A stretch of 64,000 bases of DNA, from the NCBI GenBank assembly GCA_963841435.1, contig CAWJCS010000006.1:672001-736000 (forward strand), given 5' to 3'. Under the pieces are notes generated by a model that made no database searches, was not told the origin of the DNA, and was given only the letters and a program-made list of their open reading frames with translations. Made by a program: the position numbers and the translations under genes. Positions 49,151 to 57,547 of this stretch are shown here, in pieces (position 1 is the first letter of the stretch; the number at the start of each line of letters is the position of its first letter). The DNA is from an uncultured delta proteobacterium (GTDB taxonomy: Bacteria; Myxococcota_A; Polyangia; Polyangiales; Polyangiaceae).

Positions 49151-49611
49151 TCACTGATGGGTCTCGTCGCCGTTGAGACGCCGTCCCGGGACGAAGCTTT
49201 GTCCCTCGACGCGGCCTACGTCCGCACTTTCGATCCCCGCGAAGGCCCTCTCTTCGTCGCCGTCGATCCCGAAGGTGAAGCTAGCGAACCAGAGCAGCAC
49301 GAGGCGCAGGCCGTGTCGCCGCGCCCCGTCGATCGCGCGATCGACCAGCGTGAAGTCGAAGCCACCTTCCTCGGGGCTCGATGAGCTCCCAGTACGCGGG
49401 CACGAGAAGCCGTGTTCGCTCCGAGCGCGAGAAGGCGTGGCCACGCGGACTCGAGGTGCGCTTCGGACGACGCCCTGGAATTCGCGAGCTCGCCGCCGAG
49501 GACCAGGAAGGGCTGGGGAGCCGCCGCGTTGCCGACGACGAGCTGCGTGGCCGTGCCTTTTCGGCGCAAGCGTGGGATGTCGAGGAAAGGCTCGGCTGCC
49601 TTTTCACCCAT
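49151..49611 (-). pseudogene. GH35/DUF5597 beta-galactosidase-like remnant: two frameshifts and a large internal deletion
   Basis: Three frames join as IPRLRRKGTATQLVV..PFLVLGGELANS..S..WPRL.ALGANT / LLVPAYWELIEP / EEGGFDFTLVD..I..AR..GLRLVLLWFAS. This is fused directly to the family C-terminus (..FVPGRRLNGDETHQ*). Confidence 0.8.
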
Positions 49612-49726
49612 AACCCCGGGGTAGCCCAGGACAGGCGCTGCGAAAATACGTTGCCGCCCGTGCGTGCGCCGGCCCCGACGCAAAGCGTGACCGAAACGGC
49701 CCCGCGGAGGTCACCCTGAACCAACG

Positions 49727-50887
49727 ATGTTCATGGACGGCCCCCGCGTGCTCGTGGTCCTCGGCACCTCGGAGGGGTGGTCCCGCGGGATTCTCCGAGG
49801 GCTGTCCTCGATTTCCCAGGGGAGCGGCTGGCAGCTCATCCACTATCACCCGTCGGCCGATCTCGACTGGCTCTCGAGGGAGTGGGCGCCCGCCGTCGCG
49901 GTGATCGGGCCCGAGGCGACCGGCCGGGTGCTGGAGGCGCTGAGCTGCCCGGTCGTCTCGGTCAATCTCGACCGCAGCCCGGACCGCATTGCGTCGGTGT
50001 GGCCCGACGAGGAGCACATCGCGGATCTGGCTCTGCGCCATCTGTCATCACGCGGGCTCGAGCACCTCACGACCTTCCGCTTCTCGACGTTGGCGTTCGC
50101 GCTGGCACGCGTGCGTGCGTTCGAGGTGCGCGCACGCGACGCGGGCGCCCGGCTCGCCCCCGGCTTTGGGCCCGACCCTGCCGATCCGAGGCGCCCGGCG
50201 GAAGACCCGACTCAGCTCGTTGCCTGGCTGCGTGCTCTGCCGCGCCCGTGCGGCGTGTTCGCCTGCTGCGACGCGTGGGGGCGCGTCGTCGCGCGCTACG
50301 CCCGTGCGGCGGGCCTGCGCGTACCCGAAGATCTCGCGCTCGTCGGCGTGGACAACGACCCGGTGGAGTGCGAGCTCATCATGCCGCCACTCTCGAGCGT
50401 CGCCGTGCCGTGGCATCTCCTCGGCGAGGAGGCGGCCAAGCTCGTCAGGCTGGCGCTCGCCGGCAAGGACATCCAGCGCAAACGCCGCGTGGTATCGCCT
50501 GTCGACGTCGTCGCCCGTCGCTCGTCGGACGTTCTCGCCGTCGATGACCCGCTGGTTCGGGGTGCCGTTGGGTGGATTCGCGAGCACGCTGCCCAGCGTT
50601 TGAGCGTCCCCATGGTGTCTTCGGCCGTCACGAGCAGCCGGCAGCGTCTCGAGCGACGATTTCGAGCTGCGCTCGGTCGGACGGTGCAGCAAGAGATCCG
50701 TCGCGCACGCGTCGAAGCCGTCAAGGGCGTGCTCAGGTCCACGGCCCTCGAGCTCGGCGAGGTGGCAAAGCAGACGGGCTTCGCGAGCGCCGCGCTGCTC
50801 AGCGTGGTCTTCCAGCGCGAGATCGGCATGCCGCCGGGCGCCTACCGACGCCGCATGCGAGACATAGATGATGCGATGGCCGACTGA
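49727..50887 (+). CDS. XylR-type regulator (LacI-like sugar-binding domain plus AraC HTH)
   Basis: WLRALPRPCGVFACCD, VPEDLALVGVDND, PPLSSV, VVARRSSD, RLERRFR and GFASAALL..VF.RE.GMPPGAYR. Confidence 0.9.
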   Translation: MFMDGPRVLVVLGTSEGWSRGILRGLSSISQGSGWQLIHYHPSADLDWLSREWAPAVAVIGPEATGRVLEALSCPVVSVNLDRSPDRIASVWPDEEHIADLALRHLSSRGLEHLTTFRFSTLAFALARVRAFEVRARDAGARLAPGFGPDPADPRRPAEDPTQLVAWLRALPRPCGVFACCDAWGRVVARYARAAGLRVPEDLALVGVDNDPVECELIMPPLSSVAVPWHLLGEEAAKLVRLALAGKDIQRKRRVVSPVDVVARRSSDVLAVDDPLVRGAVGWIREHAAQRLSVPMVSSAVTSSRQRLERRFRAALGRTVQQEIRRARVEAVKGVLRSTALELGEVAKQTGFASAALLSVVFQREIGMPPGAYRRRMRDIDDAMAD

Positions 50888-50889
50888 CG

Positions 50890-51040
50890 CTACTCGGCGA
50901 GGGTGAGCAGACCGAGCCTGTACTCGTACTCGTAGTATTGCGCGGGGATCTGTTTCGGGTTCGACGCCCTGATAGAGAAAGCGCAGGCAGGGAAGGGAGA
51001 TCGTCGGCGTCTGGTCGTAGTTGTCGCGGAGCATCTTCAT
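50890..51040 (-). pseudogene. C-terminal relic of a GH62 alpha-L-arabinofuranosidase
   Basis: MLRDNYDQTPTISLPCLRFLYQGV, then after a +1 shift at 50960/50961 DPKQIPAQYYEYEYRLGLLTLAE*. This matches my recollection of the GH62 C-terminus (R..YDQT.TI..C..LYQG.DP...YR.GLLT). Confidence 0.7.
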
Positions 51041-51154
51041 TCCCGCGAGATAACGTGCCTCGCTCGGGTGCTTCAACGGAGCAGGATGACCCAAACGAAC
51101 AATTGCGGCTAACGCGATTCGAGCGTCGGTGCTCGATGGCGCTCGAGCCGGTCG

Positions 51155-52873
51155 TCAGTTCTGGCGCTCGAACGCGCCGAGATCGGGCGCGCTGCCCGTG
51201 AAGGGGAGCCCTACGTCGGTGCCGGCATCGACGAGCTTGCTCTGCGCAGTGAGACGGAAGAGAGGCGTCTCGGGCAGCGTGCCGTCCGGGTTTCTCGCCA
51301 CCGTCGCCTGAGTCACGTTGACGCTCTGAAAGTCGCTCGCGCTCACGCTGAAGCCCGAATTCCAGGAATTGAACCGTGCGTCGGCGTTCGAGATCGACAC
51401 CGAGGCACCGAGCGAGACGTTGTTGTTGAGCAGGTGCATCTGCCCCGAATCGACGGGATTTCCGAGCCCGAAGTTCGTGCCGTTCGAGTAGCTCGTGCAG
51501 TTCAGAATCGTGAGGCCGCCGGCGTTGTTGTTCTGATCGAAGCCCTTCGACGGGTTTTCGAACGCGACGGAGTTGGTGATGCGGTTTTTCGCTGCGACGC
51601 CGTTGCCACCGAGCTTGAACCCGTTGCCGTTGCCCGTGAATCCCCCGTACCCCCAGATGTCGATGCCATTGCGGAAGGCCCAGCCGCTCTGAATCACGAC
51701 GACCTCCGGGCTGTCGAACATGTCGAAGCCGTCGTCCGAGTTCTCCCAGGCACGGCAGCCGATGAACACGTTGCCCGGCCCCTGGGTCTGCTTGGGGCCG
51801 AAGCCGTCCGCCATGCTGCCGCCCTTCTTCGGATCGTAGTTGTGATAGGCGTCGGTGTTGATGACCGTGGTGTAGGCGCCGCCCTTGTTGATCTCGAGCC
51901 CGGTGTTCCGGTTGTCGTAAAACGCGCAGTTCTCGAAGGTATTGTGCTGTCCTGTGACGTACGCGCCCTGGTAGCCCGCGCGCGTCACGTCGATTCCCTT
52001 GAGCGTCCAGTAGCTTCCCGTGACGGACAAGCCGTACGAATCCTGGACCCATTGTTGCTCCGGGAACGAAAAGTCGATCACGGCGCGGCCGCAGCTCGCC
52101 GCGGCGATCATGAGGGGAGCTTGGGACTGCCCGGACTTGGAAAGCTCGATCGTGTTCGCTTGACCCGCGACGTAGGGGATCGAGTACTTGCCGGGCTGCA
52201 AGAGGAGCAGCTTGCCCGCACCCAGCATCGAGAGCCCCGTCTGCAGGTCGACCGCCGACTGAAAGCTATCGCCACTCCCCGCTGAGCTCCCCGTTGGCGC
52301 CGCGTAGATCACGCCGGAGGCAGTGAGTCCGCTCGTCTCGTTGCAAGCGGAGCTCGTGCCGGCGTTTCCGGCGGTGCCGCCAGTCCCTGCGGCGCCAGCG
52401 GTGCCGGACGACCCTGATGCACCACCCGAAGCCGCCCCCGCTTTTCCTCCCATCGCGCTCACCGTGCCGGCCGCGCCGCCCGAGGCTGCTGCGCCGCCCG
52501 CGCCACCACCGCCCGAAGCGCCTGCGCCGCCCACACCGCCCCCGCCCGACGCGAGGCCGGCGCCGGCGCTGCCAGCGCTCTCGCCCGTGCCGCCGGCGCC
52601 CGACGCGTCACCGGCCGCGCCGCCCGAGCCCGCCCCCGCCGATCCCCCCATCGCGTTCACGCCGACCGATGTGCCGCCCGAGCCCGCCGTACCGGCCGTC
52701 GTTCCGGCGTTGCCCGTGCTCACCGAGGAACCCCCGACCGCGCCGCCCGAGCCCGCCGGGGCGGTGCCGCTCTCGGCTTCGCGTGTTTCGCCGCCGCCGC
52801 ACGCGCCGAAGAGCACGGACAAGAGGGCGACCCGCGTGACGGAGATGGAGCCCGCCAGTGAGATTGGCTTCAT
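51155..52873 (-). CDS. PL9 pectate lyase (PelL-like) lipoprotein with Gly-rich linker
   Basis: Lipobox LFGAC; NYDP...ADGF..K, GCRAWENSDDGFD, GNGNGFKLGG and GFDQNNN. Confidence 0.9.
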   Translation of the reverse strand: MKPISLAGSISVTRVALLSVLFGACGGGETREAESGTAPAGSGGAVGGSSVSTGNAGTTAGTAGSGGTSVGVNAMGGSAGAGSGGAAGDASGAGGTGESAGSAGAGLASGGGGVGGAGASGGGGAGGAAASGGAAGTVSAMGGKAGAASGGASGSSGTAGAAGTGGTAGNAGTSSACNETSGLTASGVIYAAPTGSSAGSGDSFQSAVDLQTGLSMLGAGKLLLLQPGKYSIPYVAGQANTIELSKSGQSQAPLMIAAASCGRAVIDFSFPEQQWVQDSYGLSVTGSYWTLKGIDVTRAGYQGAYVTGQHNTFENCAFYDNRNTGLEINKGGAYTTVINTDAYHNYDPKKGGSMADGFGPKQTQGPGNVFIGCRAWENSDDGFDMFDSPEVVVIQSGWAFRNGIDIWGYGGFTGNGNGFKLGGNGVAAKNRITNSVAFENPSKGFDQNNNAGGLTILNCTSYSNGTNFGLGNPVDSGQMHLLNNNVSLGASVSISNADARFNSWNSGFSVSASDFQSVNVTQATVARNPDGTLPETPLFRLTAQSKLVDAGTDVGLPFTGSAPDLGAFERQN

Positions 52874-52895
52874 GGGGTGTCGCCGGCCCGTGCCG

Positions 52896-54368
52896 TCAGT
52901 GCGGACCTGCTCCGGCCACGATGGCCGCCTCGAGCGCGTCGGTCGCCTCGGGCGTGTACGTGTACGGCGGCGTGAAGCCGACGCCGTTCGTCGTGGTCGT
53001 GCCGGTCGTGTTCGTGAACACGTTGTTACGGGCGAGCATGTCGCCGTTGGCGTCGGGTGACAGTGGGTTCTTGACGCCTTTGTAGACGTTGTTCTCGACG
53101 AGCAGGTGCGTTTCGAAGCCGGAGTTCGTGCAGTAGGAGTTGCCCGTCGAGGTAAAGAGGTTGTTGACGACGTGGATCTTGCCGCGGCGCGTGCGGGGCA
53201 TCCGCTGATTGACGTTGTCGGCCCACCAGTCGTGGTGCCACGTCACGTTCAGGTGCCCGACGTCCTCGGGCACGTTGTCGCCGGAGCCGATGAGGTTCGA
53301 AAAGCGGTGGCCGTTCGCGCCCGTGGAGTCGTTGCCGACGTTGTCGGTGCGCGGCGAGTAGCTGAATTTCGTCCAGGAAATGGTGATGAAGTCGGCGCCC
53401 GCATTGATGTCGAGGTTGCCGTCCGTTCCGTCGGAGATGTCGCAATGATCGAACCAGACGTGGTGCGACGCCGTGCTGACCGAGACGGCATCGGAGCCCG
53501 ACGAGCAACCGACCGCAGCATTGAAGGACGGATCTTTGCTGCAGTCGCCGACGCCGTACCCCACGATCTTGAGGTTTCGCACGATCACGTTCGCGGAACG
53601 GCTGAACCCGAGGTGGCCGTGGAATTCTGCGCCGCACACGCCGACGATCGTCTTGTTCGAGCCGATCGCGACGGACGCGTTCGGCAGCACGGCGTTCAGG
53701 TACACGACAGCGGCGTTCGTGCCGGCGACGGCCGAAGTGAACGCCTGCACGGTGGTGACCACCTGCGGCGTCGCGTTGCCGCCCCCGGTCGTTCCGTTTT
53801 GGCCCATGCCGTCGACGGCAGCCCAGCCGACCACGGGATCCGCCGGCGGAGGCGTCATGCACGAGCTCGAGCCGCCCGTGCCCGCCGAGCCGCTGCTTCC
53901 AGCGCTGCCCGCCGCACCGGCCGCTCCTCCACCGCCCGATGCGCCCGATGCGCCTGCGCTACCCGCAGTGCCCGCCACACCCGCGGACCCGCCGGTGCCG
54001 CTCGCGCCCGCCGTGCCCGCATTGCCGCCCGTTCCCGCCCCGGAAGCGCCCCCCGTCCCCGCGCTGCCCCCGATCCCCGACCCCGCCGATCCTGAGGAAC
54101 CCGCCGTGCCGCCGAGGGCGCCGCCCGTGCCGCCCACGGCGGCCCCACCAGCGCCCGCGCCGCCGCTCGTGCCGGCCCCGCTCCCGCCACCCCCGCCGCT
54201 CGTGGCGCCCGCTGCCCCACCCGAGGTGGCCGCGCCGCCGCTTCCCCCCTCGGCGTCGGTCGGGCCGGGTTCGGACGAGCAGGCCTGGAGGACGGCGACG
54301 AGGACCAGCGCCGTGGAAAAAAACGCGCGGGATGGACCGACGGAGATTGAGGGCATGGGCTGCAGCAT
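52896..54368 (-). CDS. PL1 pectate lyase lipoprotein with Gly-rich linker
   Basis: Lipobox VLQAC; GTTGG, SNKTIVG, NVIVRNL, VWFDHC, DGNLD, ITISW and QRMPRTR.G.IHVVNN. Confidence 0.9.
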   Translation of the reverse strand: MLQPMPSISVGPSRAFFSTALVLVAVLQACSSEPGPTDAEGGSGGAATSGGAAGATSGGGGGSGAGTSGGAGAGGAAVGGTGGALGGTAGSSGSAGSGIGGSAGTGGASGAGTGGNAGTAGASGTGGSAGVAGTAGSAGASGASGGGGAAGAAGSAGSSGSAGTGGSSSCMTPPPADPVVGWAAVDGMGQNGTTGGGNATPQVVTTVQAFTSAVAGTNAAVVYLNAVLPNASVAIGSNKTIVGVCGAEFHGHLGFSRSANVIVRNLKIVGYGVGDCSKDPSFNAAVGCSSGSDAVSVSTASHHVWFDHCDISDGTDGNLDINAGADFITISWTKFSYSPRTDNVGNDSTGANGHRFSNLIGSGDNVPEDVGHLNVTWHHDWWADNVNQRMPRTRRGKIHVVNNLFTSTGNSYCTNSGFETHLLVENNVYKGVKNPLSPDANGDMLARNNVFTNTTGTTTTNGVGFTPPYTYTPEATDALEAAIVAGAGPH

Positions 54369-54682
54369 GGCTAATGCATCAGGTTGGTTGGTCGATCATG
54401 TGGGGCGCCCGGTCATGCCCGGCGCCGCCAGGTGCTCGATGCGCTACGAGGTAGGACCGCGGAGACACGAGGCGACTCCGATGCATCCCCGAAGCATGCG
54501 ACCAATCGGGAGACGTGACGCTACGGGGGGCGTCAATCAATCACGCTCGAGGCGCGGCGCGGGCGGCGCCGCGCGGGCGCCGTGAGCGTCGACCAGGCCG
54601 TGTCGGCCCGCTCGTGCGCGGCCGAGCGGCGCGCTCGCCACCCCGATGGCGGGTTCCGGCGCCTCCGAGCAACTACCGAGAA

Positions 54683-56203
54683 ATGCACTGGACCGCCGGT
54701 CTCGCCTGTCTCGCTCCATGGTGGCTCGCCGCTTGCTCGGAAGGGCCCGGCGGGCAGTCCGGCAGTGGCGGCACGGCGACGGGTGGTTCCGGTCTCGCCG
54801 GTGCGAGCGCGGGCACGGGTGGCGCAGCGGCCGGCACCTCACCGATGACGGGCGGCGGCACCGGCACGGGCGGCTCGGCAGGCGCGGGCTCGGGTGGCAC
54901 GCCGGCGCAGGGGGGCGCGGGCTCAGGGGGTGTGGCGGCGACGGGCGGCGCGGGGGCGGGAGCGGGTGGCGTGGCCGGTATCTCGGCTGGTGGAGGCGGT
55001 TCCGGCGCGGGCGGCGCCGCGGGGATGGATGCGGGTGCTGGCGGCAGGAGCGGCGCCGGCGGAGCTGGGGCGAGCGGTGCCGGCGGCGTAGCCGGAGCCG
55101 GCGGTTCGAGTGGTGCAAGCGGTTCGAGTGGTGCAAGCGGTTCGAGTGGCTCGGGTGGGACGAGCGGCGCCGCGGGAGCAGGCGGCGGCCGTTGTGCCTC
55201 GCCAGTCGCCAGTACGTTGACGCGCCCCCAGCTCTCCGACACCGAGGCGCAAAACTTCACGGTGGCAAAGTACCTCGCCAGGACCGGCTCGTTCTCGTCG
55301 CTTTCGACCGACAACTGGAACCCGACGGCCGGCCTTGGCGACGCGAGCACGTTCACGTCGAACATCGTCGTCGCGAGCGATGGCAGCGGTGACTACACGA
55401 CGCTACAGGCCGGCCTGAACGCCGTGTCGGGCTCGCAGCGCCGTTACGTGCTCGTCAAGCCGGGCACCTACCGCGGGCAGGTGTCGTACACCGGTTCGAC
55501 GCCCGTCACGCTCTACGGCGCGACCACGGATGCGACCCAGGTCGTGATCATCAACGACAAGTCGCAGCAATCGGGGACCAGCCAGACCCTGAACGTCACG
55601 TCGAACGACTTTCAGATCATGAACCTGACGCTGTCGAACGATTTCGCGACGCCGGCGAGCGGTAGCAATCTCCAGGCGCTCGCCCTCTTCACGCGTGGCG
55701 ACAAGATCGTCGTCCAGAACGTGCGCATGCATGGCTTCCAGGACACCGTGCAGTTCTCGGCTGCCAACGCGACCACCTTGAATCGCGTCTACGTGAAGGG
55801 TGGATTCATCGAGGGCGACACCGACTTCATCTATGGCAACGCCACGGTCGTTTTCGACGGCGTCACCGTCCACTATTTGTCGTCGCGGCGCGGCACGAGC
55901 TCGGGCATCATCATGGCTCCCAGCACCTCGGTGGGGAACGAGCTCGGGTTCTTGTTCGTCGGCTGTAGCTTCACGGCGGACCAGAGCGCGCCGTCCAACA
56001 AGATCTACCTTGGCCGCTCCTGGGACACGAGCAGCACGACGCCCACACCGAACGGCCAGGGCGTCATCCGCGACTCGACGCTCGGCGCGCACGTCAACCG
56101 GGGCACGCCGTGGACCTCGGCGGCCACCTCCGGGCGCGCTTACAGCGCGAGCGGCAATCGCTTCTACGAGTATTGCAACAGCGGCCCCGGCGCCTCGCCT
56201 TAG
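54683..56203 (+). CDS. CE8 pectin methylesterase lipoprotein with Gly-rich linker
   Basis: Lipobox WLAAC; VASDGSGDYTTLQ, PGTY, QALAL, GFQDT, EGDTDFIYG and YLGRSW; start trimmed to ATG 54683. Confidence 0.88.
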   Translation: MHWTAGLACLAPWWLAACSEGPGGQSGSGGTATGGSGLAGASAGTGGAAAGTSPMTGGGTGTGGSAGAGSGGTPAQGGAGSGGVAATGGAGAGAGGVAGISAGGGGSGAGGAAGMDAGAGGRSGAGGAGASGAGGVAGAGGSSGASGSSGASGSSGSGGTSGAAGAGGGRCASPVASTLTRPQLSDTEAQNFTVAKYLARTGSFSSLSTDNWNPTAGLGDASTFTSNIVVASDGSGDYTTLQAGLNAVSGSQRRYVLVKPGTYRGQVSYTGSTPVTLYGATTDATQVVIINDKSQQSGTSQTLNVTSNDFQIMNLTLSNDFATPASGSNLQALALFTRGDKIVVQNVRMHGFQDTVQFSAANATTLNRVYVKGGFIEGDTDFIYGNATVVFDGVTVHYLSSRRGTSSGIIMAPSTSVGNELGFLFVGCSFTADQSAPSNKIYLGRSWDTSSTTPTPNGQGVIRDSTLGAHVNRGTPWTSAATSGRAYSASGNRFYEYCNSGPGASP

Positions 56204-56263
56204 CCGAGTCGTCGGACCGGCATCCTGCTCGCCTTCTTCGACGCACCGAGCTATTGGGGGCGC

Positions 56264-57541
56264 GTGCTCACGAGCTTTTTTCCGGGCATGACGGCGGCCT
56301 CGCTTGCCGCCTCTCTCTCGATGCTCGCCACGTCTTGCTTGCCCCCGCCGTGCCCCCGAGCCGCTGCCGGCTCGAGCCCCGTTGCGGGTGGCGCGGCGAG
56401 CTCGGTCGCGGCGGTTTCGTCCGAGGTGCGGGCCCTCGATTTCACGCACACCTCGGCCGAGCTGCTCCGGGAGCTCCGCCTCGGCTGGAACGTCGGCAAC
56501 AGCCTCGACGTCCCCGAGGGTGAGACCGCGTGGGGCAACCCGCCCATCACGCCCGAGTTGTTCGGGGCGGTCGCGAAGGCAGGCTTTGGTCTCGTGCGCA
56601 TTCCGGTGACCTGGACCAAGCACATGGGGCCCGGCCCCGACTACGTCATCGAGCCCGCCTTCTTCGATCGCGTGGCCGAGGTCGTCGGCTTCGCGCGCTC
56701 GGCGGGGCTCCATGCCGTCATCGATTTGCATCACGACGGGGCGGACGGCTTCAAGGGGGTCGAGTGGCTGACGCTCAATGACGAAGCCGGCAAGACGACG
56801 CCCGAGAACGATGCCGCCGTCCGAGCGCGTTTCGTTGCGATCTGGCAGCAGATTGCCAGGCGCTTCGCCGGGTTCGGCGAGGAGCTTTTCTTCGAGTCGA
56901 TGAACGAGATCCACGACGGCTACGGCACGCCCGACCCGCGGCACTTCGTCTTCATCAACGATCTCAACCAGCGCTTCGTCGACCTCGTCCGGGCGAGCGG
57001 CGGCAACAACGCAAAGCGCCACCTGGTCATACCGGGCTACAACACCAACATCGATCACACGCTCACGGGCTTCGAGTTGCCGCACGACAGGCTGCCGAGC
57101 CGGCTCATCCTCTCGGTCCACTACTACGACCCGTACCTTTTCGCGCTACAGGGGAAGACGCACACCTGGGGCAGCGCCTCGCCCGGCCGCGATGACTGGG
57201 GCCAGGAAGATTTCGTCGTGGCGCAGCTCGACAAGCTGAAGAAAAAGTTCGTCGATCGGGGCGTCCCCGTCCTGATCGGCGAGTACGGCGCGACCTACCA
57301 GGCTGGCTTCGAGGACTACCGTCGCTACTACGTCGAGTACGTCACGAAGGCAGCGGTCGACCGCGGCATGCTGCCCGTCTACTGGGACAACGGCGGGCAG
57401 AAGAGCGGCGGGGAGAGCTTCGGCCTCTTCGACCGGCAGACGGGCGCGGTGCTCCACCCAGCGCTCCTCGAGGCGATGAAGCGCGCCGCCACGAGCTCGT
57501 ACTCGCTCGCCGACGTGGCCCCACCCGTGGCGTCGAAGTGA
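56264..57541 (+). CDS. GH5 endoglucanase/xyloglucanase-like lipoprotein
   Basis: Lipobox-like LATSC; GWNVGNSLD, ETAWGNP, VRIPVTW, FESMNE (acid/base), VHYYDP and IGEYG (nucleophile). Confidence 0.92.
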   Translation: MLTSFFPGMTAASLAASLSMLATSCLPPPCPRAAAGSSPVAGGAASSVAAVSSEVRALDFTHTSAELLRELRLGWNVGNSLDVPEGETAWGNPPITPELFGAVAKAGFGLVRIPVTWTKHMGPGPDYVIEPAFFDRVAEVVGFARSAGLHAVIDLHHDGADGFKGVEWLTLNDEAGKTTPENDAAVRARFVAIWQQIARRFAGFGEELFFESMNEIHDGYGTPDPRHFVFINDLNQRFVDLVRASGGNNAKRHLVIPGYNTNIDHTLTGFELPHDRLPSRLILSVHYYDPYLFALQGKTHTWGSASPGRDDWGQEDFVVAQLDKLKKKFVDRGVPVLIGEYGATYQAGFEDYRRYYVEYVTKAAVDRGMLPVYWDNGGQKSGGESFGLFDRQTGAVLHPALLEAMKRAATSSYSLADVAPPVASK

Positions 57542-57547
57542 CCGAGC

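Noticed and set aside
39606-55365. Pro/Ala-rich ORFs (e.g. 39606..40331, 43440..43883, 52323..53060, 53473..54585, 54673..55365)
   Set aside because: They are the reverse complements of the Gly-rich linkers (GGC read as GCC/CCG), not separate genes.
36832-57541. The glycan island as a mobile element
   Set aside because: No integrase, transposase, tRNA target, flanking direct repeats or evident GC shift was seen.
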